Of a stretch of DNA of 64,000 nucleotides, positions 54,128 to 63,141 are shown one piece after another. The DNA lies in the IMG/VR virus record IMGVR_UViG_3300017917_001123, positions 186,001-250,000 of that record; one strand, given 5' to 3'. The notes under the pieces are model-generated. The model did not search any database. It was not told the origin of the DNA and saw only the letters and a list, made by a program, of their open reading frames with translations. A program made the position numbers and the translations under genes. Numbering within the stretch: the first letter of the stretch is position 1; each line of letters starts with the position of its first letter.

Positions 54128-55179
54128 CATACCCTTCAGACATTAAAGCACTAGCAATGGAACTAACTGACAAGTGTCAGGCTAGTTGCCCTATGTGTCT
54201 GCGTAATCATTTTGGTGGAGCAGAAAGAGATATTGTCAACAATGTAGAAATAACATTGGCTGACTTCAAGCAATGGTTTCCTCCAGAGTTTATTTCTAAC
54301 TTAGAAAACTTTTATTGCTGTGGTAACTTAGGCGATCCTGCTATTGCTAAAGACTGTTTAGAGATATATCAATACGTCCGTAGTTGTAATCCTACTACAC
54401 GAATGGCTCTACACACAAATGGCAGTATGCGTAATCCTGAATGGTGGGCTAAGTTTGCTGAGATCAACACACAGATTATCTTTGGCATTGACGGGTTTAA
54501 AGGAGAGCATGAACTGTATCGCAAAGGAACTAATTGGGATAAGATAATTGCCAATGCTCGTGCGTTTATAGATGCCGGTGGCGATGCTAGATCTGATACC
54601 ATTGTATTCAAACACAACGAAGCACGTATTGATGAACTAAAGGCTTATCTAGAAAGCATCGGCTTTAAGGGTGTTAATGTATTTGCTACTAATCGGTTTT
54701 ATTCTCTGCCTGTGTTTCCTGTACAAGATAGAAACGGTAATCACATCTACGACTTAGAGCCCCCTACAGATCCAAAGTGGCATCCTGTAGTGTTTAAGCC
54801 TAACACAGTAAAGCTAGTTCAAAAAGAAGAATATCAAAAGCTAATTGATCACAGCGTTATTGAACCTAGCTGTGCTATTAAGAAAGAGATATACATCACA
54901 GCCAAGGGCGATGTGTATCCTTGTTGCTGGGCAGTTAACCATAACGACTACGATCACAAAGAACTAGATCCCAATCTTTCTATCCTGCGTGACAGATTAG
55001 TAAAGTCTACATTTGACCTAATGAGTGATATTGGGTTGCCTAACCTACACGGCAGTAATATCTTTACTGTAATGAGCAAGCACAATTGGCAAAGCAAGTT
55101 GCCTAAGCATTGGGATACAGACAAGAAGTTAATCTGTATTAAGAACTGTGCTAAGAACTTAAAACAACTCGCAGAGTAA
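54124..55179 (+). CDS. Radical SAM protein with C-terminal SPASM/twitch
   Basis: CQASCPMC, GNLGDP, HTNG, IDG, GDVYPCC, C..NC. Confidence 0.92.
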   Translation: MTYPSDIKALAMELTDKCQASCPMCLRNHFGGAERDIVNNVEITLADFKQWFPPEFISNLENFYCCGNLGDPAIAKDCLEIYQYVRSCNPTTRMALHTNGSMRNPEWWAKFAEINTQIIFGIDGFKGEHELYRKGTNWDKIIANARAFIDAGGDARSDTIVFKHNEARIDELKAYLESIGFKGVNVFATNRFYSLPVFPVQDRNGNHIYDLEPPTDPKWHPVVFKPNTVKLVQKEEYQKLIDHSVIEPSCAIKKEIYITAKGDVYPCCWAVNHNDYDHKELDPNLSILRDRLVKSTFDLMSDIGLPNLHGSNIFTVMSKHNWQSKLPKHWDTDKKLICIKNCAKNLKQLAE

Positions 55180-55833
55180 TTCTACTCCGCGCTGTCTAAT
55201 TCTTTCAATAACAGGGTTAATGACTTCATGGTCGCAGTTTAGGAATAGTTCCTTTTCGTTTGGTGATTCAAAGCCAGTGACCTGTTTGCTCTTAACAAGT
55301 TTGTTGATAGTGCCCATTAGTTCAATATAACTAGCCTGCTTCCAATCAATAGGACCATCTACTACTTTAAGATGTACTCCTTGTTTATTTGATTCGAAGT
55401 GTGGCAATAGAACTCTAATGTTAAGATGTATTCTAGGCACACCACCCCAGTTAGCCGCAACGTGTGTTTGACTAGTGTCCATATACCATGTGCGTCCGTC
55501 TGCGGGGATATGATGTAGGCGATTGTTTGTAATATCTACAAGGTAACTGTGTTCGTTAGTTATAATTGGTAAATGTATTCTATCATCTGGATCGGTGTGT
55601 GCTGTATAACTTTCTCCACTACCTAGTGTTAATAGTCTTGCTTGTCCTATATTAGGTAACACAGCTAATACATTGCCTAAAGGTGTGCCAACAAACTCTT
55701 CCTTTGTTTGCCAAGGGTCGTTAAAGAATTTACCAGTGGGCCTATTAAGATCGTATCGCTTATCTAATGTAAGGCTAAGCACTTGATCTACAATAGGTTG
55801 AATTGGAAATTTGTGTTGGAGTTCTGTTAGCAT
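55159..55833 (-). CDS. Asp/Asn beta-hydroxylase-like 2OG-Fe(II) oxygenase
   Basis: HTD, RIHLPIITN, H.A.N.G..PRIHL motifs. Confidence 0.75.
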   Translation of the reverse strand: MLTELQHKFPIQPIVDQVLSLTLDKRYDLNRPTGKFFNDPWQTKEEFVGTPLGNVLAVLPNIGQARLLTLGSGESYTAHTDPDDRIHLPIITNEHSYLVDITNNRLHHIPADGRTWYMDTSQTHVAANWGGVPRIHLNIRVLLPHFESNKQGVHLKVVDGPIDWKQASYIELMGTINKLVKSKQVTGFESPNEKELFLNCDHEVINPVIERIRQRGVELLCELF

Positions 55834-55845
55834 TTAAATATATTT

Positions 55846-56553
55846 ATGGACCTAAAAATACCCTTTGATACAAGCTGGCGTAGTGTTGCTATTGCCATGA
55901 GTGGCGGAGCAGACAGCACAATGTTAGCATACCTGATTTGTAATAACATTCCTAGCAATCGGTTGTTTACTGTTCATGTAATCAATAATATCCGTTGCTG
56001 GAAAACTAAACCTTGGCAACAATACGACTTTAATAGTGTATTGCGTTGGCTGGAGGATCGCTTTCAAAACATTACCTTTGTTGTACATAGAAACTTTGTT
56101 CCACCTGAAATGGAGTATGCTTATGGTACAATGATTACAGACGAATATGGTAAAACAGTTAGTGGCGATACTATCGAACTGCGGGCCTTTGCTGAGTATG
56201 TTTGCCTTGCTCAGGATGTTGATGCGTACTTCAATGGTGTTACCAAAAATCCAAAAGATATAGAAGGAATGCCTGCTCGTGATGTAGAGCCTACAGAAGA
56301 CAACAAACATTTAGAGCAAATGGTACATATGGGCAAATTAGTTTACCACCCATTTAGATTTGTAGATAAGAGCGAAATTGTGTTACAATATAAAGCATTG
56401 GGTTTAGATGATCTCTTTAGTTTAACTAGAAGTTGCGAAGGAGAATTTGAAAATATCACATACAAGACATATACTCCTGGACAATATGTTCCTGTATGCG
56501 GCAAATGCTTTTGGTGTAAAGAACGTGAGTGGGCAATTGAACGAACGGTTTAA
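55846..56553 (+). CDS. QueC-like PP-loop ATP pyrophosphatase
   Basis: SGGADS PP-loop, PF..DK.EI, TRSC...CGKCFWC Zn motif. Confidence 0.75.
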   Translation: MDLKIPFDTSWRSVAIAMSGGADSTMLAYLICNNIPSNRLFTVHVINNIRCWKTKPWQQYDFNSVLRWLEDRFQNITFVVHRNFVPPEMEYAYGTMITDEYGKTVSGDTIELRAFAEYVCLAQDVDAYFNGVTKNPKDIEGMPARDVEPTEDNKHLEQMVHMGKLVYHPFRFVDKSEIVLQYKALGLDDLFSLTRSCEGEFENITYKTYTPGQYVPVCGKCFWCKEREWAIERTV

Positions 56554-57802
56554 AACATTTTGTATGCATCCCTTTACGGGATTAGCAACACGCGAAGACG
56601 GCGCAGTTAAGATCTGTTGCCGTAGTCTTCCTATTGGCTGGATACAAGAACAAAGCCTAGAAGAAATATGGAACGGTGAAAAGATGCGTGAAGTTCGCCG
56701 CCAAGTACAAAACGGAGAACGACCTGATGTATGTAAGCCTTGTTTTGATTTAGAAGATCAAGGAGTTGAAAGTCTACGTCAGCGTCACATCAAAGGCGAC
56801 ATCCCAGAAGCACGTATTAATCTATATCCTAGTGCTCTTACCAAGTTGACTAACAATTACACAATGCCTTTTGAATTTCCTACAATGGAAATCAAACTAA
56901 ACAATCTATGTAATTTAAAATGTCGAATGTGTAACCCTTTAGACAGCACTAATTGGAAAGACTGGGATGCTGTTGTTCCGTTCTATAAAAAAGAAAACAA
57001 TTATCTTGTTCCTACAATTGACAGGCTTGTAGATACACCAGGCAAATACATTGGTCCTTTTGATGACAGCGATAATTGGTGGAAGAGTTTTGAGAAACTA
57101 ATTCCACATTTTAAACGAGTAGAGTTTGCCGGCGGCGAACCCTTGATGGATCCTAACCACTACAAGATACTAGACATGCTAAAGCCCTACGGCAAGAACA
57201 TGGAAATCAAATATGCTACAAACGGAACTACTCTAGGAATTAGCAAAGGAAGAACTATTCATGACTATTGGCCACATTTTAAGTCAGTTGCCGTTAACGT
57301 CTCTTTGGACGGCATTGGCTCTGTTTATGACTACATTCGGACTAACAGTAGCTTTAGCCAAGTTGAAGAAAACATTAAAGAAATCAAATCAATCCCAAAT
57401 GTAAGTAGGGTAGTTGGGGCATTTACAGCACAAGCTGGTAACATACTACAAGCCGCAGACTGTATAGATTATTTCTTAAACAAAATGGGCATTGTATTTT
57501 ATTCACACAGAGTGAGTTATCCAAACGTGTTGTCCGCACAGGTATTGCCTAATGAACTAAAACAAGTAGCAATTGATAGATTGCGAGAAGTTAGTATGCG
57601 TGTGCCTACATTTGATATTGTAAAACAACATCCTATCCTAGAAAAGATTACACAGCAACAGATACAAGACAACATTAACTATCTACAGGCTAAGGACGAA
57701 AGCGATCGTTGGCAAGAGTTCTTAGACTTTAACTTTGCTTTAGATGCCACACGTGGACAAAGTTTGTTAGACGCTGTTCCAGAATTTAAGGCGTATGTAT
57801 GA
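56537..57802 (+). CDS. Radical SAM protein with N-terminal twitch/SPASM-like domain
   Basis: CMHPF..CC...C..C, CNLKCRMC, AGGEP. TTG start inferred. Confidence 0.9.
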   Translation: MNERFKTFCMHPFTGLATREDGAVKICCRSLPIGWIQEQSLEEIWNGEKMREVRRQVQNGERPDVCKPCFDLEDQGVESLRQRHIKGDIPEARINLYPSALTKLTNNYTMPFEFPTMEIKLNNLCNLKCRMCNPLDSTNWKDWDAVVPFYKKENNYLVPTIDRLVDTPGKYIGPFDDSDNWWKSFEKLIPHFKRVEFAGGEPLMDPNHYKILDMLKPYGKNMEIKYATNGTTLGISKGRTIHDYWPHFKSVAVNVSLDGIGSVYDYIRTNSSFSQVEENIKEIKSIPNVSRVVGAFTAQAGNILQAADCIDYFLNKMGIVFYSHRVSYPNVLSAQVLPNELKQVAIDRLREVSMRVPTFDIVKQHPILEKITQQQIQDNINYLQAKDESDRWQEFLDFNFALDATRGQSLLDAVPEFKAYV

Positions 57803-58605
57803 GATTGTCTTTGTGGGCAGGCAATACTGAACTAACTTTCAAAGTTCGTGATACAGATATAGCACAACGTTGGGCACAGGAAGTTGCTAAGAACTATCCA
57901 CTATATGAAACAGATAGATTTCAAGGATGGCCCACAGATAAAGATATTAAATGGTACAAAGAACAGCTACAGCATCAAGTAGATGTTATCTTCGAGCATA
58001 GAGGATATCCGAGACTAGAAGTAACTACAATAGATCAAAACACACTAAACTATCTACATAAGATATTTGAAACTGTTCGTGGAGAGATTAACACAGGCAC
58101 AGACATCTACATGACAGGAGATGCTAATTTTCAATATGCTGTAGATAGACTTAATATTCTAGTACACGAATGCGAACACTTTATGCGTAACACAGCCTAC
58201 CCTAGCATTGTTGTTACATTTAAGGATAGACCTAGAATACCTTTACTAGAAGAAGACTACAATCACTTTACCTTTGCTTGGGAATACGGTGCTGTCTACA
58301 TTAACTATTGTGAAGTAGGCAAGCCTATTCTAGATGTTATCAAAGACGGTGATGACCTAGTAGGCGAAGATAACATTCGTCCGTTAGAATATTATAGTTC
58401 TGACTTTATGGTAAAGCTGGGTCCTAGCACAAACAGCGACGACTGGCATAAGAAAGCAGAAGTTGTATCTAAATGGCTACAGAACCATCCACGTAAGTTT
58501 AAACACACATCGCTAGGACTTATTCCTGTAGCAGACTTAGATCCCGTACAGTTCTTTGACTTATCAAAGATAGAACCAAAGGTTACTCGTGTATGTATAG
58601 TGTAA
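57799..58605 (+). CDS. Hypothetical protein in radical SAM cluster
   Basis: LNYLHKIFE, LNILVHECE, YINYCEVGK. Possibly metal binding. Confidence 0.7.
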   Translation: MRLSLWAGNTELTFKVRDTDIAQRWAQEVAKNYPLYETDRFQGWPTDKDIKWYKEQLQHQVDVIFEHRGYPRLEVTTIDQNTLNYLHKIFETVRGEINTGTDIYMTGDANFQYAVDRLNILVHECEHFMRNTAYPSIVVTFKDRPRIPLLEEDYNHFTFAWEYGAVYINYCEVGKPILDVIKDGDDLVGEDNIRPLEYYSSDFMVKLGPSTNSDDWHKKAEVVSKWLQNHPRKFKHTSLGLIPVADLDPVQFFDLSKIEPKVTRVCIV

Positions 58606-59489
58606 CTAGTCGATGGCCGCATCAGAATAGTATTAAGGTAGAATGGAACCTTGGCAAGCGTTGTAACTACGACTGCTCCTACTGCCCCAGTTCTATACAC
58701 GATAATACAAGTCCGCACACTGACATAGAGATATTAAAGTCTGTAGTAGACAAACTAATGACTTTGGGTAAACCTATTCGTTTAAGTTTTACAGGTGGCG
58801 AGCCATGCGTACATCCTAAATTTGCTGACCTTGTACGATATGCCAAACAACAAGGAGTAAGTTGGATCAGTGTAACAACTAACGGCACATTGCCTTACGA
58901 GTTCTATGCTAGCCTACCTGTTGATCAGTATGTATTCAGCATACACTTAGAATACGATTGGCGCCGGGTGTTTAATACTGTAGAAAGTGTAGTAGACTTA
59001 ACCAAGAGTAAAGTCATTGCCCAAATTATGGCACATCATGATTACATGGATGCGGCCAGACAGTTACGATCTAGATGTTTGTTAGCAGAGATTCCAAATA
59101 CAGTTAGACGCATACGTTGGACAGAAGGCGACCACGATCTATTTGATGACATGCGTTATCATCCAGACGATTTAAAGTGGATCAAAGAACAAGAAGCAAC
59201 AGTACAAGGTAATTGTGTTGTTGACGATAAGATAATACACGCTAACGATGTAATTAAACTACATCTAAACAAATTTAAAGGTTGGACTTGTCACGCAGGT
59301 ATAGAAAGCCTAATGATAAATTGGGACGGTGACGTACATCGTGCTACTTGTAGAGTAGGTGGTAGTCTAGGCAACATATACGAAGGTACCTTTGTTGTCC
59401 CTAGCGATCCAGTCACTTGTGACCGTAACTTCTGTACCTGCGCGGCAGACATTCCATTAACCAAATATGATCCAAACCACAGCAATTAA
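58593..59489 (+). CDS. Radical SAM protein with C-terminal Cys cluster
   Basis: CNYDCSYC, TGGEP, TTNG, C...C...C.C. Confidence 0.92.
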   Translation: MYSVTSRWPHQNSIKVEWNLGKRCNYDCSYCPSSIHDNTSPHTDIEILKSVVDKLMTLGKPIRLSFTGGEPCVHPKFADLVRYAKQQGVSWISVTTNGTLPYEFYASLPVDQYVFSIHLEYDWRRVFNTVESVVDLTKSKVIAQIMAHHDYMDAARQLRSRCLLAEIPNTVRRIRWTEGDHDLFDDMRYHPDDLKWIKEQEATVQGNCVVDDKIIHANDVIKLHLNKFKGWTCHAGIESLMINWDGDVHRATCRVGGSLGNIYEGTFVVPSDPVTCDRNFCTCAADIPLTKYDPNHSN

Positions 59490-60579
59490 TCTAAGCACGG
59501 ACGAAGGCATGATGGTTACCTGGGATATAGGTAAGCGTTGTAACTACGACTGTACCTATTGTGATGCTACACGACACACAAACACAAGTCCACACGCTAG
59601 TCTAGAAGAACTTGTTGAAACGTTTGAGTTTATTCGTGCTTGGACGGATCTATACAACAGCAAACGTAAAACTCCTACCTACATTAACATTAACTTCACA
59701 GGCGGAGAGCCTACAGTTAATCCAAACTTCTGGAAACTTGTAGATTACATTAAACAGTTTCCTAACTTCCATATGGGCCTAACAACTAATGGCACATGGG
59801 ACATAAGACGCTTGCCTAACATTATAGATAACTTTGTAGGTGTTACTGTTAGTTGGCATGCCGAAGCTGATCAAAAGTTACGAACACGGGCATTGAACAA
59901 TATACTTGCTATCAGTAAGAGTCATTTGTGGCTACAGGTAAATGTAATGCTACACACAGACTTATGGGACGAAACAATGGAAGCCTGTAAGTTTTTAGAT
60001 GACAACAATATCAATTACAATCCTGTGCCTATTGGTGATGGCCCGGATACTGCTACATGGGTTGCGGATAAGAACGGAGTAATGCGTAGAACTACGCATA
60101 CCTATACAGCAGAACAACAGCAATGGTTCTTTAACAAAATGAACATCACTGCCAAGATAGCAGAAGCAAAGAAAGGCAACAAGGTAGGACGCACTTGTTG
60201 TGGAGGACGTTGCCTAACTGCTAAAGTAGACAACGAATGGCAACCAGTTAAGTTAGTTAATACAGAGTTTAAAGAATGGAACTGTATGGTTGATTGGTAC
60301 TTCCTACACATTGATCAAGAGGTAGGAGAAGTATACCATCATCAGACTTGTCAAGCCCTGCGTGGAGGTAAGCGCGGTGCTATTGGTAAGTTAAGCGATA
60401 AGACTGTTCTACTAGATAATCTGCGTCAACTACTAGAACAGCCTAGCATTACGCCTGTTGTATGTCCAAATCAGCGATGTGGATGTGGGATGTGTGTTCC
60501 GAAAGCAAAGAGCTTTGATGACTTTGAACTGATGTGGAACAATCTAATAAGTGTGCCAGTTCAGGGAACACAGTCTTAA
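59467..60579 (+). CDS. Radical SAM protein, paralog of 58593..59489
   Basis: CNYDCTYC, TGGEP, CPNQRCGCGMC. Confidence 0.92.
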   Translation: MIQTTAINLSTDEGMMVTWDIGKRCNYDCTYCDATRHTNTSPHASLEELVETFEFIRAWTDLYNSKRKTPTYININFTGGEPTVNPNFWKLVDYIKQFPNFHMGLTTNGTWDIRRLPNIIDNFVGVTVSWHAEADQKLRTRALNNILAISKSHLWLQVNVMLHTDLWDETMEACKFLDDNNINYNPVPIGDGPDTATWVADKNGVMRRTTHTYTAEQQQWFFNKMNITAKIAEAKKGNKVGRTCCGGRCLTAKVDNEWQPVKLVNTEFKEWNCMVDWYFLHIDQEVGEVYHHQTCQALRGGKRGAIGKLSDKTVLLDNLRQLLEQPSITPVVCPNQRCGCGMCVPKAKSFDDFELMWNNLISVPVQGTQS

Positions 60580-61921
60580 AGTCTGTTCCTCTAATACTAT
60601 CTAAGTTCTTAATGTATTCAGCAAACGCAGGCAATTGACTGCTATGGTCTTCGCTGTCCATAAAGTCTAACACCGCTTGCCAACGCTTCCACCCGTATGG
60701 ATTGATCTTCCAGAAGTCTTCGTCCTGTCTGTAGTTCTCGTGTAGCCAGTTGGCTAGTTCACCAAACAGTTTGCGTACTTCTGCTTTGTCTGCTTGTGGC
60801 AAGCATTTGATGCTTAAGAACGTAGGCAAGTACAGCAAGTGCATGTTAACTAAGCCACCGCCCATCTGTACATCTCCCGGAACAAGTCCTAGATTAATCT
60901 TCTTAAAGTTCTCTTTCACCTTCCAACGGATAAAGTCTGGTAGATGTTTAACATTAAGGATTTGAATAGCAGTAGCAATACTAACCTGTATGTTGTCTGG
61001 AGTGTTGTCTAGTTTGTGTAGGTTCTTAACAATAGTATCCCAATCGCTAGGATAACGAATATAATAGTTGCGAGCATCTGTAGCATCTAAACTTACAGCA
61101 AACTTTACTTTAGAAAAGTTCTTCCATAAGTCAATAGTTTCGTCGTCTAGCAATAATGCGTTACTATTGTAACGAATAAGGATCTTGTCTGCGTAGCCTT
61201 GTCTAATAATCTCTTGTAGGAACTTCTTGTGTTCCTTAATCATTAACGGCTCGCCTCCGGCAAAGTAAACTTGTTTTAAGTTTGGAATCTGTGCGTTAAT
61301 CTGTTCCCAGAAGTCCGGGTTCTCGTACCATACATTATTAAATGTATCTGCGTCCCAACGCATCTGTTCTGCTACAATTGGAAAGGTTGTGCGCTTTAAT
61401 AGTTTATCATGGTCCTGTACCCAACGACTGCTATCGTGCGGTGAGCACATCACACACTTGAGGTTACAGGTATGCCCTAGTCGTAGATCTAAGTAGGTTA
61501 GTTTATCTGGAACAACTCCATCGACTGTGTTAGCAACAAGTTCTTCTAGATCAATGCCGTCATTCATCCATGTGTATGTTTCCCATAGGCGTTTACTGAT
61601 AACATCTTTGTCTTCTTCGGCAATACACTTTGAACAGCTAGCAGGGATTTGTCCAGCAAGCATTGTCTTACGAACATCGCGCATGTATTCGTTGTTCCAT
61701 GCTTCTAAGGGCTTGCTGTTACCAAAGTTAGCAGGTTGTCCTGATTCGTTCTTAACTAGGCCTACTGTATGATCTGTGCCTGCTCCGCTAGCGTTAGCCG
61801 AACAACATAGTCGCATATCGCCGTTAGGTCTTGTAGCAAAGTGAATCCAAGGTAGTACGCAGAAGGTACGACTACCTGTCTTCTCTTCAAGTATTTGGTA
61901 GAATTTTTCTTTTCGTGTCAT
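60449..61921 (-). CDS. Radical SAM protein with N-terminal twitch-like domain, paralog of 56537..57802
   Basis: CVLPW..CC...CSKC, CNLKCVMC, AGGEP. Confidence 0.92.
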   Translation of the reverse strand: MTRKEKFYQILEEKTGSRTFCVLPWIHFATRPNGDMRLCCSANASGAGTDHTVGLVKNESGQPANFGNSKPLEAWNNEYMRDVRKTMLAGQIPASCSKCIAEEDKDVISKRLWETYTWMNDGIDLEELVANTVDGVVPDKLTYLDLRLGHTCNLKCVMCSPHDSSRWVQDHDKLLKRTTFPIVAEQMRWDADTFNNVWYENPDFWEQINAQIPNLKQVYFAGGEPLMIKEHKKFLQEIIRQGYADKILIRYNSNALLLDDETIDLWKNFSKVKFAVSLDATDARNYYIRYPSDWDTIVKNLHKLDNTPDNIQVSIATAIQILNVKHLPDFIRWKVKENFKKINLGLVPGDVQMGGGLVNMHLLYLPTFLSIKCLPQADKAEVRKLFGELANWLHENYRQDEDFWKINPYGWKRWQAVLDFMDSEDHSSQLPAFAEYIKNLDSIRGTDFKTVFPELAHLLDCSTSVQSHQSSLLSEHTSHIHIADLDIQQA

Positions 61922-62486
61922 TGCACATATTCGAAGTTAGTCGCTTGATGCTTTCATCTGTAGCACCAAACTTAGTTTTAATCTGCTCTATGGTAAAAGG
62001 AGTTAACTTAAATTCAAAGTCTACGTTATTATAACACGAATTGTTAATCCAGTCATTAATTACTTTATAAACATCGGTAAAAGGAATACCTGTATCTGTG
62101 CTAACCGCATCTTCTAACATTGAAATGGTTAAATGTAATAGAGTTACTTTTGGATCTAGGCTCAGTGAACGGCAACGTTCTGCTAGCAGTTTCTTTTTAC
62201 GGCTGTAGTCGCTCTGTATAAGTTGGTCATACTGCCCTGCGATACTGCCCATAACTACAAGATTAGTTTTACCAGCAAGCGCATCTAGCAAAGGCAGTTG
62301 TCCTGCGTTAGTGTTCAAGATTACTATGTCGCAAGTTTCTGCTACTGGTATAACCTTGCTAACGTCTTGCTCTAAGTCTAATCCTGAAAGTCTGCTAGCA
62401 CCAATAACTTCGTGCCCGTCCTTAATAAATTGACCAAAGAGGTACTTACCTAGCCCACTAGTGTGGCCTGTAATGAATATTCTCAT
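61887..62486 (-). CDS. Short-chain dehydrogenase/reductase-like protein
   Basis: ITGHTSGLG, GS, YSRKK (YxxxK). Confidence 0.8.
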   Translation of the reverse strand: MRIFITGHTSGLGKYLFGQFIKDGHEVIGASRLSGLDLEQDVSKVIPVAETCDIVILNTNAGQLPLLDALAGKTNLVVMGSIAGQYDQLIQSDYSRKKKLLAERCRSLSLDPKVTLLHLTISMLEDAVSTDTGIPFTDVYKVINDWINNSCYNNVDFEFKLTPFTIEQIKTKFGATDESIKRLTSNMCNDTKRKILPNT

Positions 62487-63100
62487 ATCTGTCCTGTTAT
62501 TTTTAATAGAGCAGGCATGTCTTCTCTCTTAACTGAAAAGAACATGTGTACTCTAGGAGTTGTATCTTGGTTCTTAACGCTGTGCATTAATGTTGTATCT
62601 AATGCCCAAGAGGATCCATCTGCCGGATAGTGTTCCCAACTTATAGGTTGTCTGTTCTCGTCGTCCCACGTGAAGAAACTCTTAGGAGGACTGTAAATTG
62701 GAAAGTGTATGTGCCAAGCATCGTCGGTATGCGACTCGATATAGTTTCCCCCGGGTGTTTCTGATATGCCTAGTCTATAGGCCATTGGGATCTTTTCTAA
62801 CAATCGTTCGGCAATACCGAAAACCATATCAGTTCTTTTCTTGCCGTCTGTAAAGTCGCTGGTTAAAACATTCCACGGAGCACATATCTGATCGTCATTC
62901 TTTAGATATGTTGTCAAAGCCCAACCGCTGGCCATCTTTGTTAAATCGATGTTTGGATCGTTGTAGGCTTCGCGCTTGATGTATTGCTTCTGTTCTGTCG
63001 CAACCCATTTACGATCAGCAAACTTAGTCTTAATGATATCATAGAACTCTCTTAGTTCGTTAATATCTGCTGTGATGTTTAACTTTATTTGCCTATCCAT
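62483..63100 (-). CDS. Asp/Asn beta-hydroxylase-like oxygenase, paralog of 55159..55833
   Basis: HTD, IHFPI, PADG, HSVKN...PRVH motifs. Confidence 0.75.
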   Translation of the reverse strand: MDRQIKLNITADINELREFYDIIKTKFADRKWVATEQKQYIKREAYNDPNIDLTKMASGWALTTYLKNDDQICAPWNVLTSDFTDGKKRTDMVFGIAERLLEKIPMAYRLGISETPGGNYIESHTDDAWHIHFPIYSPPKSFFTWDDENRQPISWEHYPADGSSWALDTTLMHSVKNQDTTPRVHMFFSVKREDMPALLKITGQI

Positions 63101-63141
63101 GAAAATATTTATAGGTGCTCTAGCCTAGCTTAAATATTTGT

